From positions 1,120,001 to 1,184,000 of the forward strand of contig OY970061.1 in assembly GCA_963705255.1 (NCBI GenBank): DNA of 64,000 nucleotides. The letters are read 5' to 3'. The stretch is from an uncultured Methanoregulaceae archaeon (lineage in GTDB: Archaea > Halobacteriota > Methanomicrobia > Methanomicrobiales > Methanospirillaceae). The notes below the pieces were generated by a model that was given only the letters and a program-made list of their open reading frames with translations, searched no databases and was not told the origin of the DNA. A program made the translations under genes and the position numbers. Below are positions 58,006-64,000 of the stretch, one piece after another; positions within the stretch are counted from its first letter, which is position 1; every line of letters begins with the position of its first letter.

Positions 58006-58323
58006 TCACTTCTTCGCTCGTTTTATCATTCCGGTTTCCCGGGGCTTTGCAGTTCCCGTGGCCTTCCCGGTAGTGCCCGGTGCTGCCTTCCCCTTCTCCG
58101 CGAGTATCATTGTCCTTCCCCGCACCTCGACAAGCCGGGCCTTTGCCCGGGAAGCGACAGCCTCCGGGTCGACGTCCGTGTTCTGGAGCCACTTGACTTT
58201 GATCAGCTTCCGCTTCTTGAGCTGGGACACGATTTCGTCAATCATGGTCCCGGTGCATCCCTGTTTGCCGATCCAGACGGTCGGCTTGAGGTCCTGCATG
58301 GAGGTATCAGGTTGTTCCGGCAT
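58006..58323 (-). CDS. YhbY/CRM RNA-binding protein
   Basis: LKPTVWIGKQG, EI..QLKKRKLIKVK, VEVRGRT. Confidence 0.9.
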   Translation of the reverse strand: MPEQPDTSMQDLKPTVWIGKQGCTGTMIDEIVSQLKKRKLIKVKWLQNTDVDPEAVASRAKARLVEVRGRTMILAEKGKAAPGTTGKATGTAKPRETGMIKRAKK

Positions 58324-58633
58324 GAGGTCTCACCACACGATATCTCATCTTCCTGTTGCAGGAGCGGCAGGTCACCACGACATTGCCCCGGTGCACCCGC
58401 ACCCGCATGTTCCGGCCCGGCACGAGAAAGGCATAGCAGTGGTGGCAGAACTGGCGGCGGAACTCGCGGTCGATCCGGACCCGCTGGCGCATGGAGATCT
58501 TCCGGGCGAGCTCGACATAGCGGTTGCTGAGCTCGGGGTGCCCGGAAAACGCCAGCCGTGCCTGTTCGAACAGCACCGCGATGCGTTCCCGTGCAATCTT
58601 CTTGGTGGCGGGGTTTCTGGATCTCTCTTTCAT
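58307..58633 (-). CDS. rnp4: Ribonuclease P protein component 4 (Rpp21)
   Basis: IARERIAVLF, RYVELARKI, FCHHC...LVPG, VTCRSC. Confidence 0.92.
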   Translation of the reverse strand: MKERSRNPATKKIARERIAVLFEQARLAFSGHPELSNRYVELARKISMRQRVRIDREFRRQFCHHCYAFLVPGRNMRVRVHRGNVVVTCRSCNRKMRYRVVRPHAGTT

Positions 58634-58734
58634 GACCCGGTACCGGCTCCCGGTTGTGCTATACTATCACCGTCCCGGATAAAAAAGGCCGCTGTGAAAT
58701 TTCCGTGAATGCCCCGGAACCTGCACCGGTGTAT

Positions 58735-59340
58735 TCAGCGGATGCGGACTCTCCGCCCCTCAATCACCAGCCGCCCTTCGCAGAAGAGCCGTATCGCCTC
58801 GGGGTAGCACTCATGCTCCCGTTCGAGGATCCGGTCTGCCAGAGAGTCCTCGTCGTCATCCTCCACAACCGGGACACACGCCTGGAGGATGATCGGCCCG
58901 CCGTCGAGGCACTCGTCCACGAAATGGACCGTGCAGCCGGCCACCTTGACCCCATGAAGTACAGCCTGCCGCTGGGCGTGCAGCCCGGGGAAACCCGGCA
59001 GGAGAGCGGGGTGGATGTTCATGATCCTGTCAGGAAACGCACGTACAATCCCGGAGCCGAGGATCCGCATGTAGCCGGCGAGCACGAAGAGCTCGGCACC
59101 GCACTCCTGCATGGCGGCAAGGAGCGCCTGTTCGTAACCGGCCCTGTCGGGAAATGAGGTATAGTCGATGATCAGCACCGGGACCTGCGCCTTCTCCGCC
59201 CGCTCAATCGCGTACGCCTCCGGGTTATCGGTGATGAGCGCCACGCAGGCCGCCGGCACCGTTCCGGCCCGGATGGCATCGAGCACCGCCTGGAAATTCG
59301 AACCCCGCCCCGAAGCAAGCACGGCAATACGTTTTTTCAT
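58735..59340 (-). CDS. purN: Phosphoribosylglycinamide formyltransferase
   Basis: ASGRGSNFQA, LAGYMRIL, NIHPALLP.FPG, GCTVHFV...DGGPII. Confidence 0.95.
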   Translation of the reverse strand: MKKRIAVLASGRGSNFQAVLDAIRAGTVPAACVALITDNPEAYAIERAEKAQVPVLIIDYTSFPDRAGYEQALLAAMQECGAELFVLAGYMRILGSGIVRAFPDRIMNIHPALLPGFPGLHAQRQAVLHGVKVAGCTVHFVDECLDGGPIILQACVPVVEDDDEDSLADRILEREHECYPEAIRLFCEGRLVIEGRRVRIR

Positions 59341-59359
59341 CCCCACCATCTCCCGCAAT

Positions 59360-60637
59360 TCAGGGCTGTTCGCTGCCACTCCCATCCGCAGGCCGGGCAA
59401 CGATCTTCACCTTCACGATGCGCCGCCCGTGCATCTGCATGACCACGAGCGTCACGCCGGCAGGCCCGATCTCCACTTTTTCTCCCGGGTGCTGGGGCAG
59501 GTGGCCGAGCCGGTCGATGATGAGGCCCCCGATAGTCTCGTAAGCCTCGTCTGTCGGCAGCTCGAGATCCATCCGCTCGTTGATGTCCTCGACCCACATC
59601 TGGGCGTCGACGACGTGGACGCCGGGAGCGAGTTCCTGCACCCCGGGCTCCTCCTTGTCGTGCTCGTCCATGATGTCGCCAACGAGCTCTTCGAGAATGT
59701 CTTCGACTGTCACGATCCCGACAAAGCTGCTGTACTCGTCGATTACGATCGCCATCAGCACCCGGTGGACCTGAAGCTCTTTCAGGAGGTCATCGATCTT
59801 CATTGTCTCGGGCACGAACATGGGATCGAACATGATCTCTTTTATGGTCGACGTGGTGCGGCGGGAGACCATCGCCGAGAAGACGTCCTTGACGTTCAGG
59901 ATACCGGTGATGTTGTCGATGCGGTCGTGATATACCGGGATCCTTGAAAAACCCGTCTCGTTGAAGATCCGGATCGCTTCCTCGAACGTCACGGTGTCTT
60001 CCATGAGGATGACATCCACCCGCGGCGTCATGATCTCGCGGGCGGTGGTGTCGCCGAACTCGAGCACCGAGTAGAGCATGTCCTGCTCTCCCTGCTCGAT
60101 CGTACCTTCCTCCTTGCCGACATCGATCCATTCCTTGATCTCCTCTTCCGTGACCGCGGGTTCGGAGACTTCCTTGCCGATCCCGAGCGTCGGGCTGACC
60201 CGTTCCACGAGCCAGATGACCGGGGAGAAGATGCGGGAGAGGAAGAGGATGACCGGGGCGACGGTGAGGGCAAACGAGTCCGATGCACGTGCAGCATAGA
60301 TCTTGGGCCCGATCTCGCCAAAGACCAGGAGGACGATGACGACAAAACCGGTGGCGATACCGACCCCGATATCACCGAATGCCTGGATCGCGATTGCCGT
60401 TGCAATAGCGGCAACCGTGATGTTGACGATCGTGTTACCGATGAGGATGGTTATCAGGAGATGTTCAGGCGATTCTTTCAGTGCTGCAACAGCCTGCGAT
60501 CCCGGCTTCCGGTCATTGACCAGTGTCCGCACTTTTGCCCGGGTGATCCCGATGAGTGCGACTTCCGAACTGGAAAAAAACGCGGAGAGAAGGATACAGA
60601 TAATAAAGAGAGGGATTTCAAGGGCGTCCAGGATCAT
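59360..60637 (-). CDS. HlyC/CorC (CNNM) family membrane protein with CBS domains
   Basis: SAFFSSSEVAL, TILIGN, FGEIGPK, IMTPR, FSRIPVY, IDEY..FVGIVT.EDILEELVG, YETIGG. Confidence 0.92.
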   Translation of the reverse strand: MILDALEIPLFIICILLSAFFSSSEVALIGITRAKVRTLVNDRKPGSQAVAALKESPEHLLITILIGNTIVNITVAAIATAIAIQAFGDIGVGIATGFVVIVLLVFGEIGPKIYAARASDSFALTVAPVILFLSRIFSPVIWLVERVSPTLGIGKEVSEPAVTEEEIKEWIDVGKEEGTIEQGEQDMLYSVLEFGDTTAREIMTPRVDVILMEDTVTFEEAIRIFNETGFSRIPVYHDRIDNITGILNVKDVFSAMVSRRTTSTIKEIMFDPMFVPETMKIDDLLKELQVHRVLMAIVIDEYSSFVGIVTVEDILEELVGDIMDEHDKEEPGVQELAPGVHVVDAQMWVEDINERMDLELPTDEAYETIGGLIIDRLGHLPQHPGEKVEIGPAGVTLVVMQMHGRRIVKVKIVARPADGSGSEQP

Positions 60638-60720
60638 TGTATTTCACATCGTGCGGGTGCACGCATAGGTTCAGGAGGATTATTAATCATATTCGGGGGC
60701 GAATTTTATAAAACCAGCGA

Positions 60721-61542
60721 TTAATCCATGCATTCGTGCATAAAGGCGCAATCCTGCGCGAGCACCGCGACCTTCTCTTCGGCTGACAGGGGCCTGCCGA
60801 AGTTCAGATCCTCGATCTCGAGCGTGAGGCTGCCGGTAAAGCCGTTCTCGCGGAGTGCTCCCATCACCTTTGCCGTGACGGGACTCCGGGCAAGGGGCAG
60901 GTGCAGGGTCTTTCCCTCGGCCCTGCTGAGGTGGACGTTGATGAGGCGGTCATGACAGAGCTCGATATACCGCAGCGGCTCGTCCCAGGATTTTGCAAGG
61001 GCATGCGACACGTCGAGCGTGAAGAACATCCACGGCTCTTCATCGAGAAGGGCCCGCACCCGTTCCGGCGTGCAGAGGAGCGAGTTGACGACCGGCTCCA
61101 TGTTCTCCATGCATACCCTGAAGGAATTTCTGGTCGCTGCCTCCCGGAGGGCCGAGATGTAGTGGTCGAACCTTGCGAAGTCTGCATCGCCCGGGGGGCG
61201 CTTGGCCGTCCGCCGCCCGGGGTGGAAGGTGACAACCCCGGCTCCCATTTTTTCTGCAATCTCCAGGGACCGGACAGCGTACTCCACCGACACCCCGGCT
61301 ACCTCAGGATTGATGGAGCAGGGATTCAGGTCAAGGATAGGAGCATGCACGGTAAATGTCCTCAGTTCCGGGTGCTCGTTCCGGCACGCCACCACCTCGC
61401 CGGCCGGGATGTCGCGGAGCCAGAAATGCGGGGTCTCCAGCCAGAACTCGAGCCCGTCGAGCCCGGAGCGGGAGACGAACGAGAAGATTTCGCTGCAGGT
61501 GTATTCGTGGAAGAACATGCTTGCGACGGAGAACGACACCAT
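60721..61542 (-). CDS. Sugar phosphate isomerase/epimerase (AP endonuclease 2 TIM barrel) family protein
   Basis: TVHAPILDLNP, TFHPG, CMENM, TLDVSHA, NVHLS, H.PL, TLEIED. Confidence 0.82.
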   Translation of the reverse strand: MVSFSVASMFFHEYTCSEIFSFVSRSGLDGLEFWLETPHFWLRDIPAGEVVACRNEHPELRTFTVHAPILDLNPCSINPEVAGVSVEYAVRSLEIAEKMGAGVVTFHPGRRTAKRPPGDADFARFDHYISALREAATRNSFRVCMENMEPVVNSLLCTPERVRALLDEEPWMFFTLDVSHALAKSWDEPLRYIELCHDRLINVHLSRAEGKTLHLPLARSPVTAKVMGALRENGFTGSLTLEIEDLNFGRPLSAEEKVAVLAQDCAFMHECMD

Positions 61543-61584
61543 GGTAGTACTATTTGATATGCCGTTTTAGCCTAATAGTTGTTG

Positions 61585-62833
61585 ATGGACTGGTTCAGCA
61601 CCCCGGAAGAACCGGTTGGGGGGAGGACCGCCCCGCTGAAAGTATCGGAACTCTCGGCAATCATAGAAGGGCTCCTCGACGACCCCCGCCTGCAGGACGT
61701 GTGGGTGCGGGGCGAGGTGACAAACTACACCCACCACGGGAGGGGGCACCGCTACTTCTCGCTCTCGGAAAAAGGCGGGGGGAGTACGGCCGCCGTGATA
61801 AAATGCGTGATGTGGCGCTCCGATGCGGAACGGCTCGCGTTCAGCCCTGCCGAGGGGATGGACGTGATCGTTGCCGGCACGGTCCGGCTCTACGCCCCCC
61901 ACGGGGCCTACCAGCTGCAGGTAAGGGTGATGAAGAGAGCCGGTGCCGGCGAGAAATACCTCCTCGTGGAGCAGTGGAAACGCGAACTCGCAGCCGAAGG
62001 CTGTTTTGCCCCCGAAAGGAAACGGGGCCTCCCGGAGTTCCCTTCGGTCATCGGCGTGGTAACATCCGAGAGCGGTGCCGTCATCCACGATATCAGGACC
62101 GTCATTGAACGGCGGTACCCGCTCGGGATCGTCATCTCGCCTACGGCCGTGCAGGGGGAGGAGGCCCACCGGGAGATCGCCCGTGCGATCCGGCGCCTTG
62201 CCGGGGGTGTCGACATCATCATCGTTGCCCGGGGCGGGGGAAGTTTCGAGGACCTCTTCGCCTTCAACCACCCCGATGTCGTGCGGGCGATCGCGGCAAG
62301 CCCGGTGCCGGTCGTCAGTGCAATCGGGCACGAAGTGGACGTGACGCTGGCGGATCTCGCGGCCGATATCCGGGCTCCCACCCCGTCTGCTGCTGCCGAA
62401 CTGGTCGTCCCCGACCGGAATGTCCTCATCGCCCGGGTACGGGAGCTCAGGTGCCGGATGGGGTCGGCGCTCCAGGCCCGGCTGGTGCGGGCACAGGAGG
62501 AGGTCGCAGAACTCCGGGACAGGCTCCGCCCCCTCCGCTTTGCCCGGAAACTCGAGGAGCGGAAGACTGCGACTGCCGACCTGGCCGACCGCCTCGGCAG
62601 GGCATCCGGCACGAGGATCGAGCGCGAACGCCTGGTCCTGGCAGAACTGAAGACAGCCCTCTCCGGCGGAGCCCCTTGCGGTCCTGTCCCGGGGGTACTG
62701 CGTGGCGGAGAAGGACGGGATGGTCGTACGGGGCGTGGACAAGGTGGATGAGGGTGACCGCATGAAGGTCAGATTTTACGACGGGAACAGCCAGGTGATC
62801 GTGGAGCGTGTAGACCATGACAGAAACCTATGA
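61585..62833 (+). CDS. xseA: Exodeoxyribonuclease VII large subunit; frameshift near 62670
   Basis: VWVRGEVTN, GHRYFSL, IGVVTS..GAVI.D, IIVARGGGSFEDL, SAIGHE.D, APTPSAAAE; shifted frame PLAVLSRGY...VRFYDG to a stop at 62833. Confidence 0.92.
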
Positions 62834-63002
62834 GACAAAGATCGAGCAGCTCAGGAAGATCATCGAGAAGATCGATGACGGGACAACAAGTCTTGACGAG
62901 AGCATACGGCTCTACGAGCAGGGGGCGGCGCTGGTGAAACAGTGCGAGGATATGCTGAACGAGGCGGAAGTGAAGATCACGACCCTCAGCCGGGACGCGT
63001 GA
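62817..63002 (+). CDS. xseB: Exodeoxyribonuclease VII small subunit
   Basis: YE..IEQL..II.KID.G..SLDESIRLYEQG..LVKQC...L..AE.KI. Confidence 0.92.
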   Translation: MTETYETKIEQLRKIIEKIDDGTTSLDESIRLYEQGAALVKQCEDMLNEAEVKITTLSRDA

Positions 63003-63414
63003 CCGTCAGGGTAATAACCATCTCTTTTCCGGCCGCAAGGTTCCCGATCAGGGCTTCCGGGAGTGTTGCCGCTACGCAGTCCGAGAGGATCCCGATCGTG
63101 CGCCCGCAGACGAACGGGCTCCGGCGCCAGACCATGTCGGCCGGGTGGTCGAGCGCGAACCGCGAAGAGCCGCGTGACTTCACGACTGCCATGCTCCCGC
63201 CGCACTCGAGCCGCGTCACCAGGACCGCGTCGTCGTGGGCCAGCACTTCCTTAAAGACCGCCGACAGCCCGGCACACCCCTTGTCGGCAGCAACCCCGAT
63301 GATGCAGTTGCCGTTCTCTGTCAGGTGCTCCCCGCGGGTCACCTCAAACGTCGTTAAGTGGGTGCCGAGGACGAGCGGGTGCCCCCGGCAGTAAACGGTC
63401 TCCTGCGCCTCCAT
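62986..63414 (-). CDS. DUF371 domain protein
   Basis: GHPLV.GTH.TTFEVT...HLT..G.CIIGV.AD, DMVWRRS.F...RT. Confidence 0.85.
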   Translation of the reverse strand: MEAQETVYCRGHPLVLGTHLTTFEVTRGEHLTENGNCIIGVAADKGCAGLSAVFKEVLAHDDAVLVTRLECGGSMAVVKSRGSSRFALDHPADMVWRRSPFVCGRTIGILSDCVAATLPEALIGNLAAGKEMVITLTVTRPG

Positions 63415-63447
63415 GCTTTATCATGTGAGGGTTGCCATGCATATTCA

Positions 63448-64000
63448 ATGTTTATCACCGTCAACTGCCCGGACTGCAATGATGAGACCGAGCACGAGAT
63501 CGTCTCCGAATCACGCGACCTGCTCGTCCGCTGCACGGTCTGCGGCCACCACCAGAGAGTACAAAAAGAGCGCGAACCACCGGCCCTTTTGATCAAGGCC
63601 ATTGTCTCGAAAGAGGGGACGTCCCGCGTCTGCGGGATCGAGTTTGCCGAGGAAGACGAGTGCAACGTCGACGACCACCTTGTGGCTGAGTGCGGCGACG
63701 ACGCGTTTGGAGTTGAGGTCACGGCGATCGAGTGCGGGGACAAACGGGTGAAACGGGCGAAAGCACCTGAGATCACAACGCTCTGGACCCGGGCGATCGA
63801 GCAGGTTGTCGTGAAAATTTCGATCCACGACGGCCGGAAGACGATTCCGGTCTATATGGAATGCGACGGGGAACAGCCGTTTGTTGTCGGGGAGATGTAT
63901 GTCGTCTCCGGCAAACGGTTCAGGATCTCCCACCTCAAGCTCCGCGACGGTCCCCTGATGAGAAAGGAGGGGTGGAAGACCGTCGCCCACCGGGTCAGGC
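63448..64000 (+). CDS. HVO_0476-family archaeal zinc-finger protein (runs off the window end; absent from the ORF track)
   Basis: MFITVNCPDCNDETEHEIV....LVRCTVCGHH...IKAIVS..G.S...GVEVTAIE...ITTLWTR. Confidence 0.78.
   Translation, partial: MFITVNCPDCNDETEHEIVSESRDLLVRCTVCGHHQRVQKEREPPALLIKAIVSKEGTSRVCGIEFAEEDECNVDDHLVAECGDDAFGVEVTAIECGDKRVKRAKAPEITTLWTRAIEQVVVKISIHDGRKTIPVYMECDGEQPFVVGEMYVVSGKRFRISHLKLRDGPLMRKEGWKTVAHRVR

Noticed and set aside
61585-63002. xseAB as part of the NHEJ or defence island
   Set aside because: Host-like composition, among core genes, about 15 kb from the NHEJ operon; no evidence of linkage.

Overview
Chromosomal segment of a GC-rich methanogenic archaeon; gene content and order suggest Methanomicrobiales (Methanoregula/Methanolinea-like). 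The backbone is conserved housekeeping: pyrB-pyrI, coaD, hdrA-like, mtnA, DGGGP synthase, trm1, DRG GTPase, tRNA-Arg(CCT), tRNA-Glu(CTC), and a long minus-strand translation/secretion gene string (rnp4-yhbY-rps19e-PDCD5-rpl39e-rpl31e-eIF6-rplX ... pfdA-ftsY-srp54-trmY-pus10-rpl21e-rpo4-DUF655-ksgA ... hemK2), plus purN and xseAB. Two accessory blocks interrupt that string. The first (~16 kb, between rplX and pfdA) carries a complete Ku/LigD NHEJ operon with an unusual Pol / Ku / Ligase-phosphoesterase layout, a homospermidine synthase-ornithine decarboxylase pair, two sensor kinases, a VapBC-like module with a palindromic operator, and a very AT-rich, translationally coupled two-gene unit (unknown protein + PD-(D/E)xK nuclease). 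That unit is my best candidate for an undescribed defence system. The second (~6 kb, between ksgA and hemK2) holds transposase debris. Also present: a lone AT-rich AbiTii-like gene, a ccdA-DipZ-MsrA/glutaredoxin redox cluster, PKD/PEGA surface proteins, a bactofilin-like gene missed by the ORF track, and a dispersed family of G/C-run palindromic intergenic elements. At least ten genes, including srp54, carry small indel frameshifts, most likely long-read assembly errors. All product calls come from motif recognition by eye; no database searches were run.
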